64,000 nt of DNA, taken from IMG/VR virus record IMGVR_UViG_2571042902_000002, positions 1 through 64,000 of that record; one strand, given 5' to 3'. The notes beneath the pieces are model-generated. The model was not told where the DNA came from. It saw only the letters and a list, made by a program, of their open reading frames with translations, and did no database searches. Position 1 is the first letter of the stretch; each line of letters starts with the position of its first letter. Source of the DNA: an uncultured virus (IMG/VR IMGVR_UViG_2571042902_000002). Its lineage: Duplodnaviria; Heunggongvirae; Uroviricota; Caudoviricetes. Below are positions 26,493 to 35,617 of the stretch, piece after piece. The translations under genes were made by a program, and so were the position numbers.

Positions 26493-29400
26493 ATGACGAT
26501 CACCGTCGATGATGTAAAGCTGCTGAAATCCCAGCGCCTCACCGATGAGGACGACGGCGGCGGCCGTGCCACCGGGCAGGCCGTGGTGGATCGCGAGATC
26601 AACAACCTGTTTCCCGATATCTCGCGCCTGGACCGGACCATCGGCCGGATCAACCTGCGCAAGGCCTTCGCCGGCATCAGCTCGAACAGCGCCGAGCCGT
26701 ACCTGGGCGCTCATGCCATCGTCACGCGGGCGCCGGCCGATCCGCGTGTCTCGGTGCTGCTGTTCAACACCGGTAGCCAGACCGACGAGCGCCGCGACGC
26801 GCGCAACGCCATCGAGTCCTTCGTGGTGCCGGCCGTGTCCGCCTCGTTCGAACTGCTGGGCAACCAGTTGCAGGGCCAGCGCGCCATCGCTTGCGTGCAG
26901 CGCGAAGAACAGCGGCTACCCGAGATTGGCGAGGTCTATCAGTTGGTGTTCGAGTCGCGCTCGCAGTATGTCCGCATCACCGACGTCGAGGCGCGGCTCG
27001 AACAGTTCGCCCACGACTACGGCAACGGCAACTTCGTGAACTTCACCCGGCGCCGGCTGGACCTGTCGATCAGCGCGCCACTGGGCGCGACCTTCCCCGG
27101 CGGCCAGGTGACTCCAGGCGGTACCACCAGCCCGAAAAGCCAGGTGCTCAGCACCCAGGTCGCCGATGCCGCGCGGTACTACGGCATCAGCCCCCTGGCC
27201 GAGGCTGTCAGCCGCGGCGCCCTGAGCCTGCGGGTCAAGTCGGTCTATTCCCAGCTGGTGCCCAGCACCACCCGGGAGAACGCGCTGGTCGACCAACTGG
27301 CCGGCTACCAGCGGCGCCTGTTCGCTGCGGCCGGGCCGGCGCGGACGGTCAACCTGAATGTCGCGAACATAGGCAGCGGCAGGTCGCGGACGTTCCTCGG
27401 CACCGGCTGCGCGCCGGGTTCGCTGTCGCTGAGCGCCGGCGGCGGTGTGTTCGCCGACGACCGCAAGGGAGGCCTGCGCTACATCAGCGGTTCGAACTGG
27501 ATTGCCAGCGGTACCGTCGACTACGAGAGCGGCGCAATCGAGATGGCGGCCTCCGGCAGCGGCTGGAGCGGGACAGCGAGCGCCACCTACCAGCCTGCCG
27601 CGGCGGCGACGGGCGAAGCGGTGACCGGGGAGATCCCTATCGAACTGGGCAACCGCGGCTTCGTCTACACCCTGTCGCTGTCCGAAGCGCCGCCCCAGCC
27701 GGGCACCCTGGTGGTCTCGTTCCTCGCCCTGGGCAAATGGCAGGAGATCCGCGACCAGGGCAACGGCGAATTGGCCGGGGAAGGCACCGGCACGGTGGAC
27801 TTCGCGACCGGCTCGGTATCCATCACCCTGAGCGCGCTGCCGGACGTGGGGAGTTCGCTGATCTACGCCTACGTCGGGCAGAACGATGCGGCGCTGACCC
27901 AGCGCACCGGCACCAGCGTGCAGGCGCGCGCGCGGATCAACCGGACGTTGCCGCACCAGGGGCTGTTGCCCGGCTCCTACAAGGCGACGTTCAAGGTCGG
28001 CGGGGTAGAGCGCACCGTGCTCGATAGCGGCAACGGCTCGCTCAGCGGTACCGGTGGCAGCGGCCAGATCAACTATGCCGACGGCAAGGTCAGCATGGAA
28101 TTGAGCGCCACCCCGGATGCCGGGAGTGGGATCGTGCATACCTACCAGCAGGGCAGCGTGACGGACAGCCCGCTGGCGGTGACCTCCGACAGCACCGGCA
28201 TGTGCATCGGCACTCTCCCCGGGGCACCGCTCAAGGCGGGCAGCGTGCGCCTATCGTGGATCACCAAGCGTCGCCAGGCGGCACCGACCCTCGGTGCTGA
28301 CATGGGCACCGGGGCGCTGCCGATCTTCGAATCGGAGATCACCGTGGACAACTCGGTGACCGACGACGCCGCCGGTGGCTGGGCCGGGCGCGCCGGGACG
28401 ATCAACTACGAGACCGGCGAATTCAGCCTGAAGGTGGCCGGCAACTACGTGTTCAAGGAGTACACCTACTACACCGACACGGTCGACAACTTCGGCATGA
28501 AGAAGCTGCGCCTGGTGGCCACCGATACCACGTTGCTGGAGGGGTTCGGCGGCACGCTGAGCGTGCGCGCGCAGAGCCGCGGCGTCGAGTACGGCGAGCA
28601 GACCGATTCGCAGACCGTCGCTCCGGTGACCCTGGACCTGTTGCCTGGTGTGGCCGAGCCGATCCTGCCGGGCTCGCTGGTGTTCACCTGGGCCGGCGAG
28701 GTCTACGTCGACCGCTCCGGTGTGCTCTACAAGAACATCAACAGCAGCACCAACGCCGGCATCGCCGTCGGCTCGGTGGACTACGCCGGCCGTACCGCGA
28801 CGCTGAATACCTATGGCTCGGGGGCAGCGCCGACGGTCACGCTGCTGGCCTGCCTGACCACCAACGCCGGCTTCAGCGTCACCAGCATGACCTTCCGCAC
28901 GCCGGGGGCGCCGCTGCGTTCTGCGAGCCTGCAGGTGACGGCGGTTCGCCTGGATACCGCGCAGATCGTGACCACCACGGCGGACGCGAACGGTAAGCTC
29001 AATGGCGCGGTGATCAAGGGTAGCGTCGATATCGTGACCGGCATCGTCCGGCTGCGCTTCACCAGCAATCTGGAGGACACCACTGGGGCCAGCGATATCC
29101 CGGTGATTCCGCTGCTGCTGCGCTACAACGCGGTCGTCTTCACCTCGCTGCCGCTGGACGCCACCCTGCTGGGCCTGGACCCGGTGCGACTGCCGGCGGA
29201 CGGGCGGGTGCCAGTGTTCCGCGAGGGTGACGTTATGGTGGTTGCCCATACCGCCGAGACCACGGTGCCGAGTCCTCAAGCTGGCGGCGTGCTGCAGCTC
29301 GGCCGCGACCAGCAGGCCGAGATCAAGGTGGTGGACGCCAACGCGGTGGAACTGGCTTCGGCAGGCTACAGCGTCGATCTGGAGCGCGGCCGGGTGACCT

Positions 29401-30044
29401 GGGCCAACCCGCTGGTCCTGCAGGATGCCGAGGGCAACCCGCTGACCCTACCGCTGGTGGTGCGCGACCGGGTCGAGCACATGACCCTCTGCACCGAGGT
29501 TCAGGTGAACGGCGAGTTGGGAATCTCCTCGCCGCTGCCCTGGGATCTGCCGGCGGGCGAAACGCTGGCGTCCAGTGCGCTGAGCTGGGGCGACCTGCAG
29601 GCGCGGCTGCACCACTGGTTCACCCAGCGGACCTGGGATATCGGCTCGCCGAACTGGACCGACGAGCCCAAGGGCGACGGGACCACCGCCAACTACAACA
29701 GCCTCGCCTATCCGCCGCTGATCGCCAACCGCGGTGCGATCGATGCGAAGTGGGCGCTGGTGTTCAACTCCTCGACCAGTTTCAGCGTGGTGGAGGAGAA
29801 GCTGGGGGTCATCGCCAACGGCACTACCACCACCGACACGGCGCCGATCAACCCGGAGACGAACACGCCGTACTTCACCATCCGCAAGGAAGGCTGGGGC
29901 AGTGGCTGGGCGGCCGGCAACGCGGTGCGCTTCAACACCGACTCGTGCCTGGGGCCGATGTGGATCGTGCGGACGGTGCTGAGTGGCAAGGGCACCGTCG
30001 AGGACGATGAGTTCCACCTGCAGATCAGAGGAGACGCGGACTGA
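26493..30044 (+). CDS. Large tail tip/baseplate protein
   Basis: 1183 aa with repeated G.V/IDY..G beta motifs; tail module position. Confidence 0.75.
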   Translation: MTITVDDVKLLKSQRLTDEDDGGGRATGQAVVDREINNLFPDISRLDRTIGRINLRKAFAGISSNSAEPYLGAHAIVTRAPADPRVSVLLFNTGSQTDERRDARNAIESFVVPAVSASFELLGNQLQGQRAIACVQREEQRLPEIGEVYQLVFESRSQYVRITDVEARLEQFAHDYGNGNFVNFTRRRLDLSISAPLGATFPGGQVTPGGTTSPKSQVLSTQVADAARYYGISPLAEAVSRGALSLRVKSVYSQLVPSTTRENALVDQLAGYQRRLFAAAGPARTVNLNVANIGSGRSRTFLGTGCAPGSLSLSAGGGVFADDRKGGLRYISGSNWIASGTVDYESGAIEMAASGSGWSGTASATYQPAAAATGEAVTGEIPIELGNRGFVYTLSLSEAPPQPGTLVVSFLALGKWQEIRDQGNGELAGEGTGTVDFATGSVSITLSALPDVGSSLIYAYVGQNDAALTQRTGTSVQARARINRTLPHQGLLPGSYKATFKVGGVERTVLDSGNGSLSGTGGSGQINYADGKVSMELSATPDAGSGIVHTYQQGSVTDSPLAVTSDSTGMCIGTLPGAPLKAGSVRLSWITKRRQAAPTLGADMGTGALPIFESEITVDNSVTDDAAGGWAGRAGTINYETGEFSLKVAGNYVFKEYTYYTDTVDNFGMKKLRLVATDTTLLEGFGGTLSVRAQSRGVEYGEQTDSQTVAPVTLDLLPGVAEPILPGSLVFTWAGEVYVDRSGVLYKNINSSTNAGIAVGSVDYAGRTATLNTYGSGAAPTVTLLACLTTNAGFSVTSMTFRTPGAPLRSASLQVTAVRLDTAQIVTTTADANGKLNGAVIKGSVDIVTGIVRLRFTSNLEDTTGASDIPVIPLLLRYNAVVFTSLPLDATLLGLDPVRLPADGRVPVFREGDVMVVAHTAETTVPSPQAGGVLQLGRDQQAEIKVVDANAVELASAGYSVDLERGRVTWANPLVLQDAEGNPLTLPLVVRDRVEHMTLCTEVQVNGELGISSPLPWDLPAGETLASSALSWGDLQARLHHWFTQRTWDIGSPNWTDEPKGDGTTANYNSLAYPPLIANRGAIDAKWALVFNSSTSFSVVEEKLGVIANGTTTTDTAPINPETNTPYFTIRKEGWGSGWAAGNAVRFNTDSCLGPMWIVRTVLSGKGTVEDDEFHLQIRGDAD

Positions 30045-31045
30045 TGACCGCTCGACAGTACAGCTATCGGGACGCCGGCGCACCGCCGGCGCTCTTCCCG
30101 TCGGCGGTGACGCCGTTCCAGAAGTTCAAGAGCTACCTGCGCGCGGCTCTGGTCGATGGCTACGGCAACAAGCCACCGGCAGGGTGGACCGTCGTAAGCG
30201 AGTTCGACACCGCCATCACCCTGGCCCCGGCGTCCAATTGCGTGCAGGTGACGTTCTACAGGCACTTAACCGGTAGCGGCAGCGTCAACGACTACATCGC
30301 AGTCTATGTGCATGAGGGCATGCTGGATATCAGCACTCCGCTCCCAAAAGGCGTCAATACGCGGTCACGTACCTGGTCGGCGGACACCAATCCCACCAGC
30401 AATGACGCTCATGTCATCTACCTGGGGTACATGTACTGGAACCATGCGACGTACTGGCAGATCTGTGCGGACGCCGAGACGTTCATCTTCTGCGTCCTCC
30501 AATCCACCGGTTACGAAAACACGAGCGAGGCGTACCAGCTCGGCCTCTACGTCGGGCAGTACGAGAGCTTCAGCGGCGCCTCCGGCGTTCAGGGGTTTAT
30601 TGCCGTCGGCGGTGCCCAGGGTTACCAGAACACAACGGGGTACAGCCGAAACTGGTCCTTCGGGAGTGGCTTCAGTTCGCTGCGTGACCAGCGCTCGGGA
30701 GAGATCATCCAGGGTGGCGGTCCCAGCGTGGGAGCGCTGATGGACCAGATGCAGTATCAGAGCACCTACTACGACCGGACGGAGGGAGAGAATCCACCCT
30801 ATTGGCGGATGCAGCAGCCCTATGTGACGAATGGCGCGAACTACGTCGGCCGCCTGAAGGGTGTGTGTTTCGACCCGATCCTGGGCCATTACCGCCACGG
30901 ACATCTGCTGGAGCGGCTGGGGTTGTCCCTGGGCGCAACGGCGGTGGCGGAGGCAGTCCAGATGGATGGCAAGACCTACCATGTGCATATGGACCGCTGG
31001 GGGCTCTGGTTCCTGTCTGTGGATCCGGCGTGGTGGCCAGCATGA
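30044..31045 (+). CDS. Tail fibre/receptor-binding-like protein
   Basis: L.AALV.GYG.KPPAGW N-terminus; aromatic-rich; tail module. Confidence 0.6.
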   Translation: MTARQYSYRDAGAPPALFPSAVTPFQKFKSYLRAALVDGYGNKPPAGWTVVSEFDTAITLAPASNCVQVTFYRHLTGSGSVNDYIAVYVHEGMLDISTPLPKGVNTRSRTWSADTNPTSNDAHVIYLGYMYWNHATYWQICADAETFIFCVLQSTGYENTSEAYQLGLYVGQYESFSGASGVQGFIAVGGAQGYQNTTGYSRNWSFGSGFSSLRDQRSGEIIQGGGPSVGALMDQMQYQSTYYDRTEGENPPYWRMQQPYVTNGANYVGRLKGVCFDPILGHYRHGHLLERLGLSLGATAVAEAVQMDGKTYHVHMDRWGLWFLSVDPAWWPA

Positions 31046-31902
31046 GCGCGCTGATGCTGCAGGTGGTGCCGCCGGTACAGGTCAGGCCGGATACCTGGCT
31101 GCAGCGGTTCGGCATTGGGCCGAAGACCCTTCGCCCGCCGGTGGCAGTCGCCTGGTCGGGGGCCGGACAGGCGATCTACCAGAACCTCGCCGTGAAGGTC
31201 ACCCGCGAAGGGGAGGAGACTCCGGCGCGCAAGATCGCCACGCTGTATCGCGGGGCGGTGGTCACCGCGACCGCGATGACGGCGACCTTTCAGGTCTACG
31301 AGGGCGAGACGGTGCAGCGCTTCGAGGCATCGGGCCTGCGCGGACAGTTCGTGATCCAGGTCACCGACGAAGGTGACCCGCGCCTGGGGATCATTCGCTG
31401 GCCGGTCCTCGATGCCGATACGCGCCTGCTGTCCTATGACCTGACCGAAGGCTCGGGCGGTCGAGATCCGACCGGCCCGGCGAAGGTGCGAGCGGTCGTC
31501 ACGGTCGACAGCGTCGAGGCCTCGCGCCAGGTGGTGGTCATCGAGCGCAAGCTCGATGGCGAATGGCGGGTAGCCGGCGTAGGGCAGACGGCCGAGTCCG
31601 GGCGCGCCGAGATCGCCCTGGAGGTGACGGCCGGCGGGACCACTTACGCGATGGGGCTGGATGACTGGGGCGCGGTGTTCGAGCCGCGTCTCGCCGTCAG
31701 TCTGGGCCAGCGCGTGCGTCCGACGATCTTCTCTGGCTGGCTCTACGAGGTGACCGAGGCCGGGGTGCTGCCGGTGGCTGAGCCGGAGTGGTGGCCGATC
31801 GAGGGCGATAACCCCAGCCGCCAGGTCGGCACGGCCCGTCTGCAGGCGACGCGTTACTACCGCCCGCTCAGCCACGGGCCCTTTCCTGTCGAGGCTCTAT
31901 GA
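31042..31902 (+). CDS. Tail protein
   Basis: ATGA-coupled, 286 aa. Confidence 0.65.
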   Translation: MSALMLQVVPPVQVRPDTWLQRFGIGPKTLRPPVAVAWSGAGQAIYQNLAVKVTREGEETPARKIATLYRGAVVTATAMTATFQVYEGETVQRFEASGLRGQFVIQVTDEGDPRLGIIRWPVLDADTRLLSYDLTEGSGGRDPTGPAKVRAVVTVDSVEASRQVVVIERKLDGEWRVAGVGQTAESGRAEIALEVTAGGTTYAMGLDDWGAVFEPRLAVSLGQRVRPTIFSGWLYEVTEAGVLPVAEPEWWPIEGDNPSRQVGTARLQATRYYRPLSHGPFPVEAL

Positions 31903-33659
31903 TCAATGCGAGTTTCGGCGCCCCCTGGCAGAGGGCGGCGCCGCTTTCCGTGCGCGCCGTCCCGCTGCGCTGGCAGCGCCTGGTGCTTGCCGATGCGCGT
32001 AGCGGCGGGCTGTGGGGCTCTGGCCGACCACTGGCACGGCGTTGCGCCAGTGGCTGGTCCGGTGTACCGGTGCGTGATGCGGGCTGGGGGAGTGGCTGGG
32101 AGCACGCCGAGCAGCGCAACGCGGCAGCCCGCAGCGCTTGGGACAGCACCCGGGTGCTGGACGTGGAGAGAGAGCTAGGCTGGGATCGGACGCTGCGCCC
32201 GCGTGATCGGCGCCTGTCGCTGATCTACAACCCGCGCCCGTCGCCCAAGGACGCCGGCCGTCCGCCCGGCTGGCGGCGCTCGGCCGAGTTCGACCGCTTC
32301 CGTGATGCACTCTCGGAGAGGCGTGCCAGTCTCTACATCCCGACCGGCCTGCTCGACTTCAATTTCGGCCCGACCCGCTACACCCCGGCGAACACGCCCG
32401 ACGTGTTCTTCGATTTCCGCTACGTGGCGCCGGTCCGTGGTATCCGGCCGGTGGACGCCGGGGCGCGCAGCAGCTACGGCAGTCCGGCCCGCTTCGATGC
32501 GTTGCGGCGGATTCCCTGGGCATGGGGGCGGCCGACCGATCCGGTGCCGACGGGCATTGTCTATCCCGACTATCCGGGGCCGGTGGTACCGATAGATCCA
32601 CCCGCCGAGCCCGAGATACTGGAGACCTACATGATAGGAAACACGGTCACCCTGGTGGTGCTGCCGAGTCGCACGCCGCTGGATGCGACCAGCATTCGCA
32701 TCGGCCTGGATATCGACTCGTTCGCCTGGTCGTTCTCGGCTGACCTGTTCGGTCGCACCTCGCTGGACCTGGCGGCGCCCGATGCCAACGGGCCGAAGAC
32801 GGTAGAACTGGAGATCAACGGCTGGACCTGGCGGTTTCTGGTCGAGCGTTACAGCGGCAGCGGCAAGCATCCGAGCGAGCGCTACACCATCAGTGGCGCG
32901 AGCCGCACCCAACTGCTGGACGCGCCCTATGCGCCGAAGCGCAGCGCGGTGAACACGGCGCCGCTGAACGCACGTCAGGTTGTCGACGACCAGTTGCAGT
33001 ACACCGGCTTTTCAGTGTCCTGGGACGTCGAGAACATGGGGCCGCCGGACTGGACGCTGCCGGCCGGCGCCTTCAGCTACCAGGACCAGACGCCAATGCA
33101 GGTCATCGTCAAGCTGGCCGAGGTCGCCGGCGGCATCGTGCGGCCGGGCCTGATGGACGACTCGGTGACGATCCTGCCGCGGTATCGTGAGGCGACCTGG
33201 TACTGGGGCACCGCGATTCCCGACCGGATCATCCCGGCCGCCATCGTCGCCGAGTGGGGCAGCGAGTGGAGTCCCCAGCCGGCATGGAATTTCGTCTACG
33301 TCAGCGGTACCAGTTACGGCGTCAGCGTGCAGGTGCGGCGCGCCGGTACCGCCGGCGAGGAGTCGGCGCCCGACGTCATGGAGGACTGGATGACCGGCAC
33401 CGAGGTGGCGCGCTCGCGCGGAATCTGCGAGCTGTCGAAGGGCGGTAACCAGGCGATCGAGACGCGGCGCATCCCGCTGTTCCAGAAGGATGATGGGGTA
33501 CCGGGCCTGGTGCAGCCTGGAATGCTGGTCGAGGTGAGGGACGAACAGGCGACCTGGCGCGGGCTCTGCCTGGCCACCGATATCTCGGCCGAGGGGGTAG
33601 GGGCTAGCCGCGTGTGGCAGACCTTGCGCATCGAGCGCCACTACCCGGGAGGCTCCTGA
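31899..33659 (+). CDS. Tail protein (hub-like C-terminus)
   Basis: 586 aa; ATGA-coupled; PGLVQPG.LVEV motif. Confidence 0.7.
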   Translation: MINASFGAPWQRAAPLSVRAVPLRWQRLVLADARSGGLWGSGRPLARRCASGWSGVPVRDAGWGSGWEHAEQRNAAARSAWDSTRVLDVERELGWDRTLRPRDRRLSLIYNPRPSPKDAGRPPGWRRSAEFDRFRDALSERRASLYIPTGLLDFNFGPTRYTPANTPDVFFDFRYVAPVRGIRPVDAGARSSYGSPARFDALRRIPWAWGRPTDPVPTGIVYPDYPGPVVPIDPPAEPEILETYMIGNTVTLVVLPSRTPLDATSIRIGLDIDSFAWSFSADLFGRTSLDLAAPDANGPKTVELEINGWTWRFLVERYSGSGKHPSERYTISGASRTQLLDAPYAPKRSAVNTAPLNARQVVDDQLQYTGFSVSWDVENMGPPDWTLPAGAFSYQDQTPMQVIVKLAEVAGGIVRPGLMDDSVTILPRYREATWYWGTAIPDRIIPAAIVAEWGSEWSPQPAWNFVYVSGTSYGVSVQVRRAGTAGEESAPDVMEDWMTGTEVARSRGICELSKGGNQAIETRRIPLFQKDDGVPGLVQPGMLVEVRDEQATWRGLCLATDISAEGVGASRVWQTLRIERHYPGGS

Positions 33660-33895
33660 TGGCGACGGTCAACCCCTGGCGTCGGTTCATCGGGCTCTTA
33701 CCGGGCGGCGCGCGCACGGTAGGGGAGGTGATCGACGTCGACGAGGGCGCCGGCACCTGCCGCGTCCGCCTGCGAAACAACGTCGTGATCGCGGCCCGGG
33801 GCACGGCGGTGCCGGCCGGGCAGATGGCGTTCATCAGCGATGGCCTGGTGACCGGGCCGGCGCCGCAGCTCCCCCAGTTCGATATCGAGGTTTGA
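33659..33895 (+). CDS. Small tail protein
   Basis: MATVNPWRRFIGLLP; TGATG coupling. Confidence 0.7.
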   Translation: MATVNPWRRFIGLLPGGARTVGEVIDVDEGAGTCRVRLRNNVVIAARGTAVPAGQMAFISDGLVTGPAPQLPQFDIEV

Positions 33896-34140
33896 CTGAG
33901 CCGAGCCGACCAGCATGCCGTCCAGGCACTGCAGGCGGTCGGACCCGCGTTTCAAGGTGAGCGGATCGCGTGCGGAGATCCACCAGCCATCGCGCAAGAG
34001 CTGATCAACATGGGCGCGCAGCCCGGGCAACATCCGTTTATTCATCGTGGTTCGCCTCCTACCTGGCAGGCGAACGATAGCAAACCGGACCCCCTTCACG
34101 CCTACCGATAGCAGAGCATTAACGTTACTGGAGAGAACCG

Positions 34141-34770
34141 ATGCTGATTACCGAGCAGCAGCTGCTGCAGATATTTCCGAACGCCGGCCCGCAAGCCGGC
34201 GTTTTTGTTGGTGCGTTGAACCGCGGGATGACTCGCTTCGGTATCACTTCGCCCGTGCGAGTCGCCGCGTTTCTCGCCCAGGTCGGCCACGAGAGCAGCC
34301 AGTTGACTCGGCTGGTGGAGAACCTCAACTACAGCGCCCGTGGCCTGGCTGCGACTTGGCCGAGCCGGTACCGCGGTGCCGACGGCAACCCGAACGCTCT
34401 GGCTCTGAACCTTGCGCGGCATCCGCAGGCTATCGCGAACAACACCTATGCCTCGCGCAACGGCAACGGAGCCGAGGCGTCCGGCGACGGCTGGCGGTAC
34501 CGCGGGCGCGGGCTGCTGCAGATCACCGGCCGGGCGAACTACCGCGCTGCCGGCGCCGGGCTGGGCCAGCCGCTGGAAGCGGAGCCGGAACTGCTTGAGC
34601 AACCGGAGTGGGCGGCGCTGTCCGCAGCCTGGTGGTGGTCGACGCACGGCCTGAACGAACTGGCCGACCGCGGTGAGTTCGCCGCCATCACCCGCCGGAT
34701 TAACGGCGGCACGAACGGTCAGGCGGAGCGGCTGGAGCTGTGGGAGCGGGCGAAGAGGGTGCTGTCGTGA
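34141..34770 (+). CDS. lys: Endolysin, glycoside hydrolase family 19
   Basis: AAFLAQVGHES, ENLNYSA, YRGRGLLQITGR.NY, ITRRINGG. Confidence 0.95.
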   Translation: MLITEQQLLQIFPNAGPQAGVFVGALNRGMTRFGITSPVRVAAFLAQVGHESSQLTRLVENLNYSARGLAATWPSRYRGADGNPNALALNLARHPQAIANNTYASRNGNGAEASGDGWRYRGRGLLQITGRANYRAAGAGLGQPLEAEPELLEQPEWAALSAAWWWSTHGLNELADRGEFAAITRRINGGTNGQAERLELWERAKRVLS

Positions 34771-35135
34771 TTTCTGCGCGGGTGATCTCGATCACGCTGG
34801 CCTGCCTGCTGCTGGTCGGCCTCGGCGCCGCCGGCGGTGTCTGGCTCGGCGCACGGCACTACCGGCCGAAGGTCGATGCCGCGTTGGCAGACCTGGTCGC
34901 CTGCCGTGCCGCCCGGGGAGAGTTGGAATCCGCAGTGGTGGAGCAGGGCAGGCAGGTCGCCGCGCTGCGCCTGTCCGGCGAGCAGCGCGCCAGAGAGGCA
35001 GCCCAGGCGCTGGAGCAGGGACGACAGCAGGCTGCCGAGCACTATGCAGCAGCCCATCGCCTGCTGAGTCAGCGAAGCGCCGGCGAGGAGTGTGCGGCCG
35101 CCGAGGCGGTGATCGATCAGGAGTTGGGTCTATGA
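34767..35135 (+). CDS. i-spanin (Rz-like)
   Basis: N-terminal TM plus coiled coil; GTGA overlap with the lysin gene. Confidence 0.8.
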   Translation: MISARVISITLACLLLVGLGAAGGVWLGARHYRPKVDAALADLVACRAARGELESAVVEQGRQVAALRLSGEQRAREAAQALEQGRQQAAEHYAAAHRLLSQRSAGEECAAAEAVIDQELGL

Positions 35136-35392
35136 GGGTGGTGCTGATGCTGGTGGTGGTTGCGCTGGCGGGATGCGCCGGCCAGGTCGAGCCTGAGCCG
35201 CGCACGGCGCGCATAGAAGTGCCCGTTGCGGTGCCGTGCCGAGTGCCGACGGTGGAAGTGCCGGCGTGGGCCACGGCGGGGCTGCGGAAAGGCGACGACC
35301 TCCAGGCCAAGGTGCGCGCGCTGCTGGCCGAGCGGCGGCAGCGGATCGGTTATGAGGCCCAACTGCTGGCTGCCAACAGGGCATGCCAGTAG
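35132..35392 (+). CDS. o-spanin lipoprotein (Rz1-like)
   Basis: Lipobox LAGC after a hydrophobic signal; Pro-rich segment. Confidence 0.8.
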   Translation: MRVVLMLVVVALAGCAGQVEPEPRTARIEVPVAVPCRVPTVEVPAWATAGLRKGDDLQAKVRALLAERRQRIGYEAQLLAANRACQ

Positions 35393-35562
35393 GAGTAGAT
35401 TACAGACACATGAACTATCTTCAATGTCGGCAAGCAGCGGCTTGACGTTCCAGAGCGTTGACTCGATCAAATTGGATTCCCTAGCTTGGCTTGTGCTTTC
35501 TGGTCTGAGTATTTTCAAAGACCGCTCTGCCGGGATTCGCGCTCGCTGTAATAAAAAGAGGA

Positions 35563-35591
35563 TTGACCTGTGGGTGGCTAAAGGCCATCCT
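35563..35591 (+). promoter_or_regulatory. Putative sigma70 promoter for the 538-aa cargo gene
   Basis: TTGACC-17 bp-CATCCT upstream of ATG 35618. Confidence 0.4.
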
Positions 35592-35617
35592 CGGCCATCA
35601 TCCAGAGGACGGAAAAA

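Noticed and set aside
30044..31045. Possible diversity-generating retroelement or invertible tail-fibre cassette
   Set aside because: No reverse transcriptase, invertase, template repeat or flanking inverted repeats seen
35117..35518. 133-aa minus-strand ORF after the spanins
   Set aside because: Largely antisense to Rz1, TTG start, no recognisable motif
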